Positions 32,001 through 38,533 of a stretch of DNA of 38,533 nucleotides are shown here, piece by piece (position 1 is the first letter of the stretch; the number at the start of each line of letters is the position of its first letter). The DNA is from a virus: positions 1 to 38,533 of IMG/VR virus record IMGVR_UViG_3300045988_052225. The stretch is one strand, 5' to 3'. The translations under genes were made by a program, and so were the position numbers. Under the pieces are notes generated by a model. That model did no database searches and was not told the DNA's origin. It saw only the letters and a list, made by a program, of their open reading frames with translations.

Positions 32001-34013
32001 TTGGTCGGTGAAGTGTCGTCGAAGGTATCGAAGACTGATTTTGACAAACTGTCTAAGAGCGTAGCGGCTAATAGTACCGCAATCACTCAGACTGATAACA
32101 AAATCAGTTTGAAAGCAGACCGGACAGAAGTTCAAACGGCCAAAGCTACGGCTGACAGTGCCGTGTCTAAAGGCCAAGAATTAGAGCGTAAAATCAACCA
32201 GACTAACGCAGAATTACGTGTTACAGCGGATTCTATCGCTCAAAAGGTTTCAAGAGTTGATTTTGACAACCTTGAAAATAAAGTCACAAACGCTGAAACG
32301 CAAATCAGCACGCTAGCTGGCAAGATTGAAACTAAAATCTCCAGGGTTGACATAGACAGTGCTATTGATAGCAAAGGTTTTTTGAAAGAATCTGACGTCA
32401 ATAGATTGGTCGATAACAAAGGTTTTGCGACAGCTACGGCTGTAACAAACCTTATCCAACAGTCTGAACGAGGGACAACCCAGCTTATTAGCGAGGTCAA
32501 GAAACAGATTCCGTCAGTTGACACGCTGTCCGTAGGTGGTGAAAACTTGATCCGTAACTCAGCATTTCCAGAAACGCTTGACAATTGGGGTTATTGGGAA
32601 GTGCCACAACCTAACTCGAATTTATCTGTGTCAAGTCATTCATTCTATTACAACGGTTCTAAGCCGTTGTTTTTGCTTTCAACAACAACAACAACAACGC
32701 CTAGTGCCACGTTGAGATTTCCAGTTAAACGAAATACCGCTTACTCCCTTAATGTTTTGATTTTTGCAGGCGGTAACCTAAAGGGGATGGATATCTATTT
32801 TCTTGGGCGCAAGTCAAACGAAACTAAAGCATTTAGCAAAGTAGTTAACATCAAGCATTTCGATGGTTCGCCATCCACAAGCGGCGTTAAGAAATTTCAC
32901 TTCACTTTCAATTCTGGAGACTGTGATGAAGGTTTCATCCGTGTCGATAATACGGGCACTACTAACGGCAGTCAGTCAATGCTATTCTTCACCGAACTGG
33001 ACTGCTACGAGGGGACTATGAACCGTGCTTGGCAACCATCGCCAAAAGACGCAAGCCAAGAGGTGACAGTTAAATTCAATGAAATTAAGTCTACCGTTGA
33101 CGGTTTCAGCCGCACCATTGGCGAACATGGGCAGTCTATTTCTCAGATTATCCAAGAGGCCAAGGGTACAGTTTGGAAGGTGGAGAACCTAGAGGACAAG
33201 TGGTCATTTAATCTCGGTGTTACTAACAAGCAACTAGACAAGTTAGGCACCGGTCTTGAAGCTACCAAATCCGAAATGTCCCAGATTGCAGGGTCTTGGG
33301 CAGTTAAGAATCTGACAAGGTCCGGTGATGTGCTTAACCAAATTAACCTCAACAAAGACGGTTCGGTCAAAATCGACGGTAAATTGGTTCAAATCACTGG
33401 TTCTACCTACATCGAAGATGGTGTTATTAGCTCAGCTAAAATCGGTGAACTGTCAGCAAGTAAAATCACTAGCGGTCGTTTAAACGCTTCACTCGTTGAC
33501 GTCGTTAACCTAAACGCCGAGAGTGTCACTAGCGGTACGTTTACAGGTTTGAATTATCGAGGGGGTAGAATTGAAGCACTTAACGGAGCAATGAGGGTAG
33601 ACCTAAATGGCTCAGAGATGCATTTCTACGATAATGCGAAGATTGAATTCCATAACGAGAATAATGCGCTATTTCGTACTCGAAATGGAACGTCAGCGTT
33701 CATCCACTTTAGGGATGATTCTTACAATGGGGTCTATACTGCTATGGGTGTCAACGCTGACAATACCGGAACACAGAACGACTATTCTTCTGGACGATTT
33801 GCGGGCGTTCGTGTTGTTCGCTCGAATGACAACCAACAACCTAGAGCTTTTGTTGACGAGGTTCAATTGATTGGAGATACTGTCCATTTTAGGCACTCAC
33901 AACATCCAGACGCCGAGTTTATGAAAGTGAAAGCTGACGGTGGCCCTTGGATTGACCTCATACCATTTCTCAGACTAGTAGCTAGTCGTTTGAAAATTTC
34001 AGTACAGCCGTAA
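29088..34013 (+). CDS. Tail-associated protein / tail fiber (Tal; PblB-like host-specificity protein)
   Basis: 1641 aa. N-terminal prophage-tail (Tal) type region. Five consecutive 30-aa repeats at about 30909-31358, with extra degenerate copies further on. Two NLIxxSxF-led beta-rich modules, each containing a poly-Thr run. C-terminal ISSAKIGELSASKITSGRL fiber-type segment. Confidence 0.85.
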   Translation: MIYLFDKDEKLIKIIRKPAIKTALQKFSLTTENYISDRLTVEMKALKDDELAKLEYMAIQSIDDTHKFHYFYIAQGNTKGDITTLVGVQSGIEELRKTVVYDKRPTDQRARPVIEWLLTGTNWSPRFVAETNPKSTNFYYISTFDALKKVCKVWGLEMQFFVEMNGAQIGARYIDFKRKIGEAVGKRVVYGHNALEILQEVEKTNLYTALVGRGKGEQVSSAEDTGKDADGYGRKINFEEIVWSKAKGDPLDKPLGQKYLEIPEMTAKYGIKQPDGKMRPKIGFVEFSEEEDKNELIKQTYEALIESSRPKLTLKTSTVYLKGVQIGDTIRVVRHDRHLDYDTRIFEITFNRLNNESSDIKLGDRVSESNDAKVQSTVNKALDEFKAGEFTEFVKKLPEFIPSANGFNHNWYTSTDPTESHPGQVLINDSWYKPDPEHEGHTIMYRWTGEMWQEVLRTWDGTGLQDKIKKEFEKVAANMAKQQSEHDRVVAEITAKATNAETLASSAKSTAEDAFSRLNDVKSEAIAEARYLDTVERAETEKKIAVSKKDALSEAVKLVDNAKSTLNTDLSETEKRVEALKGSIGTLSNDTSVQFAKINNALISVASKQDVDKVSQRVSNAETVLTQQAGQISAKASKEEVNAVSGRLNKAESSLTVQAGQISQKANKQDVDTLTGRVNRAETSITQQADMIASKANKQELDNVNNRVLNAESRITQQANEISQRVKTSDFNNATQRLATTESSITQLGNKITTEISRVDSKIPTDFGSRNLILKSADFENLHRQPGGSGNTTTTTTDGQAFLIKSHSYSSDVYGGISWNMAIPEIKAGETFSLLVPVYIDSGVDIDRGAMIIIKNHKNNDNLFAFNIPTDVKNEWFDIKLIFTSGKDIVLGEWPFFITVVRNGYLRVKPPMLVRGTLIPLQHTVAPEDTEAEISTVKTTITQTEQGVSQLSQKQSETDSRMTNAETKVNQLVGEVSSKVSKTDFDKLSKSVAANSTAITQTDNKISLKADRTEVQTAKATADSAVSKGQELERKINQTNAELRVTADSIAQKVSRVDFDNLENKVTNAETQISTLAGKIETKISRVDIDSAIDSKGFLKESDVNRLVDNKGFATATAVTNLIQQSERGTTQLISEVKKQIPSVDTLSVGGENLIRNSAFPETLDNWGYWEVPQPNSNLSVSSHSFYYNGSKPLFLLSTTTTTTPSATLRFPVKRNTAYSLNVLIFAGGNLKGMDIYFLGRKSNETKAFSKVVNIKHFDGSPSTSGVKKFHFTFNSGDCDEGFIRVDNTGTTNGSQSMLFFTELDCYEGTMNRAWQPSPKDASQEVTVKFNEIKSTVDGFSRTIGEHGQSISQIIQEAKGTVWKVENLEDKWSFNLGVTNKQLDKLGTGLEATKSEMSQIAGSWAVKNLTRSGDVLNQINLNKDGSVKIDGKLVQITGSTYIEDGVISSAKIGELSASKITSGRLNASLVDVVNLNAESVTSGTFTGLNYRGGRIEALNGAMRVDLNGSEMHFYDNAKIEFHNENNALFRTRNGTSAFIHFRDDSYNGVYTAMGVNADNTGTQNDYSSGRFAGVRVVRSNDNQQPRAFVDEVQLIGDTVHFRHSQHPDAEFMKVKADGGPWIDLIPFLRLVASRLKISVQP

Positions 34014-34025
34014 GAAGGAGAACTA

Positions 34026-34247
34026 ATGAACAAACAAATTTACACTTCAATGATTCAAGATATCGCAAGTCAGAACGCTAATTTGACGATTGAGAAGGCT
34101 GAGTTTAAGGCTCACTTGCAGGCAACTGTTAGCGAACTTGAGCAGGTCAAATCGCAACTAGAGCATTATCAAAATGTACTAGCGTCTGATTCAGACCTTA
34201 ACGACCTCTTTAACGAGGTAGCGCAGAAAGGAGCGACTAATGAATAA
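34026..34247 (+). CDS. Hypothetical small coiled-coil protein
   Basis: 73 aa. GGAG RBS. Confidence 0.5.
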   Translation: MNKQIYTSMIQDIASQNANLTIEKAEFKAHLQATVSELEQVKSQLEHYQNVLASDSDLNDLFNEVAQKGATNE

Positions 34248-34839
34248 GTCTAATTTCAGCGTCACATCAAGTTATCTGACGACCCCGACAACAACACGGA
34301 TCGCCATCCAGTCCAAAGATGGCTCGACGTGGTTGACACGAGACGTTCCAGGCGACCACACAAGCAAGACGGATGAAGCTAAAGTCCAGCTTATCTTGGA
34401 CATCTTAACGACCGAGTTGGACCCTGCCGGAGCTTTGGCACGCTATCAAGCTAAGTCAGAGGAATCTATCAAAGACCTTGACAATCGCTTGAATTTGGCT
34501 GAGAAAGTCGCTGAACAAGGCGAATTGACTCGTAAAATTGCCAACGTGTCCATCCTCAATGCGGTAATGAGCCAGAATATCCAGTATGGCACAATCTACA
34601 AGCAATATTTGGAATTGTTGCCAGTCGCTAAAACAGGCAATGTATTCAACGCTGGCGACATCTTCGCTATCGAAGACCCTAGTCACGAAGAATTAGACGG
34701 AGAAGGCAAGTTGGTACTTATCCAAGTTAACGGGTCTTTCGCTTACGAAAACCAGCCATTCGCTGACTTTGCAAAAGGTGGCAAACTCGAAAACAATGGG
34801 GTTGCTACTGCATGGGTATTTAGACCGAAGGAGGGTTAA
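34240..34839 (+). CDS. Hypothetical protein (tail fiber-associated position)
   Basis: 199 aa. Start overlaps the upstream ORF. Confidence 0.5.
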   Translation: MNKSNFSVTSSYLTTPTTTRIAIQSKDGSTWLTRDVPGDHTSKTDEAKVQLILDILTTELDPAGALARYQAKSEESIKDLDNRLNLAEKVAEQGELTRKIANVSILNAVMSQNIQYGTIYKQYLELLPVAKTGNVFNAGDIFAIEDPSHEELDGEGKLVLIQVNGSFAYENQPFADFAKGGKLENNGVATAWVFRPKEG

Positions 34840-35276
34840 TGGTACAGAAACCAGACGGTATTTTTGGGCTCTTTGATGTGGTCCGAGACTTCTACGCACA
34901 CGGTATCGATGAGCACCCATGGGTGCTCTTTCTCGTCATAGTCATTTTTTCAGACATTGCCGTGGGTGTGTCCAGAGCTTGGGCTGCTCACGAACTTTCG
35001 AGTACCAAATTCCGCAAAGGGGTAGTCAGCCATACAGTAATGATTGTGTTCGTGGCAATATTCTATCCATTTGCTAATTTCATGAATTTGACGAGTATCG
35101 TTGATACATTCATTTTCGCCATGATTGCCGCTTACGGCTCTAGTATTTTGGCTAGTCTATCAGCGTTAGGGGTGGAAATCCCTTGTATCGACAAATATAT
35201 TAAGCAAAATATCGACAAAGAAAAATTTAATTTAACCTCAGAAAACGAGGAAGAAGGAGAAAATGAAAATGATTAA
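34839..35276 (+). CDS. Holin (three TM segments)
   Basis: 145 aa. Hydrophobic segments WVLFLVIVIFSDIAVGV, VMIVFVAIFYPF and FIFAMIAAYGSSILASL. Highly acidic C-terminal tail EEEGENEND. Confidence 0.75.
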   Translation: MVQKPDGIFGLFDVVRDFYAHGIDEHPWVLFLVIVIFSDIAVGVSRAWAAHELSSTKFRKGVVSHTVMIVFVAIFYPFANFMNLTSIVDTFIFAMIAAYGSSILASLSALGVEIPCIDKYIKQNIDKEKFNLTSENEEEGENEND

Positions 35277-35499
35277 TTTTAAACTACGCTTGCAAAACAA
35301 AACTACGCTTATTGCTCTTATCTCAGCAGTGTTCCTTATGTTGCAACAATTCGGACTTACAATCCCTAGCAACATTCAAGAGGGCGTTAATACCTTCGTT
35401 GTGATCTTGGTTATCCTCGGAATTGTTACCGACCCAACAACTAAGGGAGTAGCTGACAGCGAACAAGCTTTAAACTACCACGCACCTCGTGAGGACTAG
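35263..35499 (+). CDS. Holin (two TM segments, phi LC3-type)
   Basis: 78 aa. TTLIALISAVFLMLQQF and FVVILVILGIVTDP. The start may be the ATG at 35269. Confidence 0.7.
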   Translation: MKMINFKLRLQNKTTLIALISAVFLMLQQFGLTIPSNIQEGVNTFVVILVILGIVTDPTTKGVADSEQALNYHAPRED

Positions 35500-35502
35500 C
35501 TT

Positions 35503-35955
35503 ATGGCTAGACTCATGACTTCCATCAACCAAATTAAAGGGGGTGATGTCCTAAAATCTGGGGACACCACTTCCGTTTTTGGTTTTGAGATTCTAGGGTA
35601 TGACAGGAAACGCATGGAATTGTCCGGCACTGGCAAGCTCACGTTGTCCAACGATGAAACAGTGGCGCTATACCAAGATGTCACCGTTGAAAACGGGCGT
35701 TTCTCGTTCTCAATGGGTAGTGTGGTAGCTACTGGCACTTACTACCTTGAAATCAAACTAGATGGGCATATCTTCCCGTCTAATAATTTCAAAGTGAAAG
35801 TGAAGAGCTCACTGAGTGCAGACAGTGCTATCCCATCAGACAAGAGCCCTAAACTAAAGTTACTAGCGGATGAATTGCGAGAGTCCGGCTTAATCAGCGG
35901 TGGCAGTGAACCCACGGAAGATCTCGTTAACATCTATAATCTAGCTAAAATTTGA
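35503..35955 (+). CDS. Beta-rich (Ig-like?) protein inserted between the holins and the lysin
   Basis: 150 aa. The C-terminal motif EDLVNIYNLAKI is shared with the next ORF. Confidence 0.55.
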   Translation: MARLMTSINQIKGGDVLKSGDTTSVFGFEILGYDRKRMELSGTGKLTLSNDETVALYQDVTVENGRFSFSMGSVVATGTYYLEIKLDGHIFPSNNFKVKVKSSLSADSAIPSDKSPKLKLLADELRESGLISGGSEPTEDLVNIYNLAKI

Positions 35956-35968
35956 AAGGAATAATTAA

Positions 35969-36277
35969 ATGAGTAAATTACACGATTTTGCCCAAGCAGT
36001 GGGTGCTGACATCAAGGAGATTAAAGCGTCCATTGCTAGCAAGACCGTTGGTGTCAGCGAGGAACGCTTGACGCAAGCCATTACGCAAGTCAAGACAGAT
36101 ATCATCGGTGGAGCTCCCGAAAACCTTAACACACTCAAGGAAATCGCTGATAACATCGAAGCAGCTGGTGGCAACACCGACAGCGGTATTATCTCTAAAA
36201 TGACTGAGTTGGGCACTCGTCTCGACACAATCGAGCAAGAAGACCTTGTGAGCGTGTATAATGCAGCGAAAGCGTGA
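35969..36277 (+). CDS. Small fiber-like coiled-coil protein
   Basis: 102 aa. IIGGAPENLNTLKEIADNI resembles the GAPxxLDTLxELA motif of phage tail fibers. The N-terminus FAQAVGADIKEIK is shared with the next ORF, and the C-terminus EDLVSVYNAAKA with the previous one. Confidence 0.55.
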   Translation: MSKLHDFAQAVGADIKEIKASIASKTVGVSEERLTQAITQVKTDIIGGAPENLNTLKEIADNIEAAGGNTDSGIISKMTELGTRLDTIEQEDLVSVYNAAKA

Positions 36278-36555
36278 GCGCTATGAGTAAGTTCACAGAA
36301 TTTGCTCAAGCTGTCGGGGCGGACATTAAGGAGATTAAAGACAAGCAATCTTCATTATTAACAGTAAGCCAAGCATACGGTTTATTTCCAACGTACAATA
36401 ACTTTTTTCTACAGGTTTTAGAACAAAACAAATTTGCGGAAGACCCGCTTGTAACAAAATCTCAATTACCAACGAGCGAAATTGACGATTTGAAGAGGAA
36501 GGTTACTGAATTGGAAAACACGATTTTGGAAATTAAGCAATCCATCCAGAAATAA
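36274..36555 (+). CDS. Small coiled-coil protein, N-terminal paralogue of the previous ORF
   Basis: 93 aa counted from the GTG at 36274 (GTGA overlap), or 90 aa from the ATG at 36283 (MSKFTEFAQAVGADIKEIK). Confidence 0.5.
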   Translation: MSAMSKFTEFAQAVGADIKEIKDKQSSLLTVSQAYGLFPTYNNFFLQVLEQNKFAEDPLVTKSQLPTSEIDDLKRKVTELENTILEIKQSIQK

Positions 36556-36573
36556 ATTTAAGAAAGGAGACCC

Positions 36574-37959
36574 ATGACATCAAAAACACAATTATTAAAC
36601 ACTCTTGATAGTCTGGTTAATCAACGTGTTACGGTACCGACTAATCCGTACGGCGGGCAATGTATAAGCCTGATTGACTATATCTTGCAGTACGCCGGCT
36701 TGTTTAACCTTGATTTCAGCTACTTAAATGCCATTGATGCCTTAAGTCGTGCTGAAAATCTAGGATTGAAAGTTACCTATTTCAACGGGGCTAACAATCC
36801 ACCAGTTGGGAGTGTTTGGGTAACTAACTGCTTACCTTACCACCAATTCGGACATATCGGTTTTGTAGTGGCAGAAAACCCAGACGGTACAGTTACTACT
36901 ATCGAGCAGAATATCGATGGTAATGGTGATGCCCTCTATAATGGCGGTTGGACACGCAAGGTGACAAGAAACCTCGATAGTGCTGGTAATTTCAGCTATA
37001 TCGATTGGAATGCACCAACCCAGCAAATGGTTGGATGGTTTGAATTGCCATTTGACGGCGTGGCACAAGATAATTACTTCATCGACGTGTCAGCTTACCA
37101 GTCAGGAGACTTAACAGCTATCTGCCAAGCCAGCGGGACTAACAACACAGTTATTAAGGTAACCGAGGGCGTGGGCTGGGTTAGTCCAGTAGCCGGTCAG
37201 CAAACCAACACAAGTAATTGTATTGGTTACTATCACTTTGCCCGTTTCGGTGGAGATGTAGGCACTGCACAAGCTGAAGCGAATTACTTTATCAGCAATC
37301 TGCCATCTCGCCCACGTTACTTAGTGTGTGACTATGAGGATGGTGCTAGTGGAGACAAGCAAGCTAACACTAATGCAGTATTGGCATTCATGGACGTTTG
37401 TAAGGCGAATGGTTTTGAACCAATCTATTACAGTTACAAGCCATACACACTAGCTAATGTGTATGTAGATCAAATCACAGCACGTTATCCAAATAGCTTA
37501 TGGATTGCAGCGTACCCAGATTACGAGGTACGCCCAGAGCCATACTGGGGTGTGTATCCAAATATGGAGCATACACGCTGGTGGCAATTCACTAGCACCG
37601 GCCTAGCTGGTGGATTGGATAAGAACGTAGTTATCATTAATGATGGCGATAATTTAGTAAACAAGAAAGAGGAAGAAGAAAATATGAATTATGTAGTTCG
37701 AAGTGAGAGTGGAAAAGAAGGATATGTTGGTGTAGTTAATGGTCGTGTGTTCGGCATTGGTTCAATGGGAACAGTAGATGCTCTACGTTCAGCGGGTGCT
37801 AAACACTTGACATTGCCAGACGATGATTTTGACCGCTTCTTGAATAGTCAATCAAATGACACAGCAGCAGTCTCTAAGGCAATCAATGAAGCTAGTGCCT
37901 CAGTAGTTAAGGCTATCGAAGACCGTGCACAAGCCACACAAGGACAAACTGGTAAATAA
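36574..37959 (+). CDS. Endolysin: N-terminal CHAP amidase/endopeptidase, GH25 muramidase, and a C-terminal putative wall-binding domain
   Basis: 461 aa. CHAP Cys in GGQCISLIDY and His in FGHIGFVV. GH25 motifs DVSAYQ, YHFARF, LWIAAY and WWQFTS. The C-terminal 90 aa are unassigned. Confidence 0.9.
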   Translation: MTSKTQLLNTLDSLVNQRVTVPTNPYGGQCISLIDYILQYAGLFNLDFSYLNAIDALSRAENLGLKVTYFNGANNPPVGSVWVTNCLPYHQFGHIGFVVAENPDGTVTTIEQNIDGNGDALYNGGWTRKVTRNLDSAGNFSYIDWNAPTQQMVGWFELPFDGVAQDNYFIDVSAYQSGDLTAICQASGTNNTVIKVTEGVGWVSPVAGQQTNTSNCIGYYHFARFGGDVGTAQAEANYFISNLPSRPRYLVCDYEDGASGDKQANTNAVLAFMDVCKANGFEPIYYSYKPYTLANVYVDQITARYPNSLWIAAYPDYEVRPEPYWGVYPNMEHTRWWQFTSTGLAGGLDKNVVIINDGDNLVNKKEEEENMNYVVRSESGKEGYVGVVNGRVFGIGSMGTVDALRSAGAKHLTLPDDDFDRFLNSQSNDTAAVSKAINEASASVVKAIEDRAQATQGQTGK

Positions 37960-38044
37960 TCAGACCACGCAAACTAAAAAACGAAAAGGAGTATATCACC
38001 TCCCCTCACACTGCAGTAGGGATACCATGGCAGTAGTGGTCGAA

Positions 38045-38071
38045 GCCTCAGCATTGCGCTGGGGCTTTTTT
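38045..38071 (+). terminator. Rho-independent terminator of the late/lysis operon
   Basis: gcctcagc (38045-38052) / gctggggc (38058-38065) including one G-U, loop attgc, then T6 (38066-38071). Confidence 0.75.
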
Positions 38072-38074
38072 GTT

Positions 38075-38131
38075 TGCTATAATATATCTAGGAAAGTGCC
38101 AGTAACTCCACGGGGTCTGGTGCGTTTTTTT
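38075..38131 (+). ncRNA. Mini transcription unit 1: extended -10 promoter plus terminator hairpin (candidate sRNA of about 40 nt)
   Basis: TGcTATAAT at 38075-38083. Hairpin gtgccag (38096-38102) / ctggtgc (38117-38123), followed by gT7 (38124-38131). Confidence 0.4.
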
Positions 38132-38137
38132 ATTTTT

Positions 38138-38199
38138 TGTGCTATAATGAATATCCATCATAGGCAAAGAGCTACGAGGGTATCTCATAGCTCTTTTTT
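38138..38199 (+). ncRNA. Mini transcription unit 2: TRTG-extended -10 promoter plus terminator hairpin (candidate sRNA of about 45 nt)
   Basis: tgTGcTATAAT at 38138-38148. 9-bp stem aaagagcta (38166-38174) / tagctcttt (38188-38196), with the T-tract running to 38199. Confidence 0.4.
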
Positions 38200-38203
38200 A
38201 TAT

Positions 38204-38303
38204 TTGCCAATCTATGTGATAAGTGATACTATAGTCATTGGAATACTTGGCGTCTTTCGATGAAAATTCTCGAACTGCCCCCGGCTTTTAGTCGGGTTTT
38301 TTT
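38204..38303 (+). ncRNA. Mini transcription unit 3: full promoter plus terminator hairpin (candidate sRNA of about 65 nt)
   Basis: TTGCCA (38204-38209), 17 bp, TGaTACTAT (38224-38232). Hairpin cccggc (38280-38285) / gtcggg (38291-38296), followed by T7 (38297-38303). Confidence 0.4.
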
Positions 38304-38313
38304 ATATTAAAAA

Positions 38314-38335
38314 AAGGGGCAAATAAGGGGCAATA
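38314..38335 (+). promoter_or_regulatory. Tandem 11-bp repeats AAGGGGCAA(a/t)(t/a) x2, candidate integrase arm-type sites (P arm)
   Basis: aaggggcaaat at 38314-38324 and aaggggcaata at 38325-38335. The core, orientation and spacing match the pair at 98-119. Confidence 0.5.
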
Positions 38336-38338
38336 AGT

Positions 38339-38368
38339 GTAAACTTTAGTAACTTTATGTAAGTTTTA
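38339..38368 (+). repeat. Three tandem 10-bp repeats GTAAnnTTTA in the AT-rich att arm
   Basis: gtaaacttta (38339-38348), gtaactttat (38349-38358), gtaagtttta (38359-38368). Confidence 0.45.
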
Positions 38369-38456
38369 CCGACTATATCTTACACGCATATATCCTTATT
38401 TAATGGGTTTTCTTCCTATTATATACGCATTTAAAATGGTACTAACAGAATACCGC

Positions 38457-38533
38457 GGTTTGAAATCATTCTACAACTTGAAAAAATAAAACGTTGATTT
38501 AACAACGTTTCTGAGGACTCTGGGTTAAGCCTA
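38457..38533. repeat. Right copy of the 77-bp terminal direct repeat
   Basis: Identical to bases 1-77. Confidence 0.95.

Larger units (their letters stand above)
1..38533. mobile_element. Complete temperate siphophage / prophage genome (38,456 bp unique plus a 77-bp terminal duplication)
   Basis: Ordered modules: integrase and immunity on the minus strand; early/replication, late regulator, terminase, portal, head, tail, holins and endolysin on the plus strand. The same 77 bp occurs at both window ends. Confidence 0.95.

Noticed and set aside
37925-38263. 112-aa plus-strand ORF overlapping the end of the endolysin gene
   Set aside because: It runs through three Rho-independent terminators and two promoters, has no RBS, and its translation is low-complexity. 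The region is better explained as noncoding mini-units.
38072-38303. CRISPR mini-array or tracrRNA-like element at the right end
   Set aside because: The three units do not share a repeated sequence of CRISPR-repeat length. Only the promoter TGCTATAAT recurs. Resemblance of the 38096-38131 hairpin to the terminal tracrRNA hairpin is limited to being a GC-rich stem plus a T-tract. The idea stays open only as something to test against the host's actual repeats.

Overview
The window is a complete temperate siphophage or prophage genome. Its unique length is 38,456 bp, and an identical 77-bp sequence sits at both ends (1-77 = 38457-38533). The host is a low-GC Gram-positive bacterium; I judge it Streptococcus-like from protein signatures only, with no database search.

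Layout:
- Minus strand, 92-2678: lysogeny module with a tyrosine integrase, a PH+SHOCT protein, an ImmA-type metalloprotease and an XRE repressor.
- 2679-2846: back-to-back promoter switch with palindromic operators.
- Plus strand, in order: cro-like gene and early genes; an LPXTG-anchored surface adhesin inserted as a moron (5430-7526); a replication and recombination module (replisome organizer with internal iterons, DnaC-like loader, RecT, DUF1351-like protein, SSB, RusA); a run of small overlapping ORFs; an HTH-MazG fusion; a 565-nt gene-free, structure-rich block holding two tRNA-like minihelices (15487-16053); an ArpU-type late regulator; TerS and TerL; portal; head, tail, tape-measure, Dit and a 1641-aa Tal/fiber; two holins; three fiber-like small genes that split the lysis cassette; and a CHAP+GH25 endolysin.
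- 38045-38456: lysin terminator, three tandem promoter-hairpin-T-tract mini-units, and attP-type arm repeats.

The items most worth follow-up are the tRNA-like minihelices and the surrounding noncoding block, the phage-borne LPXTG/RGD adhesin cassette, the tandem candidate sRNA units at the right end, and the duplicated-junction gene trio between holin and lysin.

All functional calls come from motifs read in the translated ORFs and from gene order. No homology search was run.
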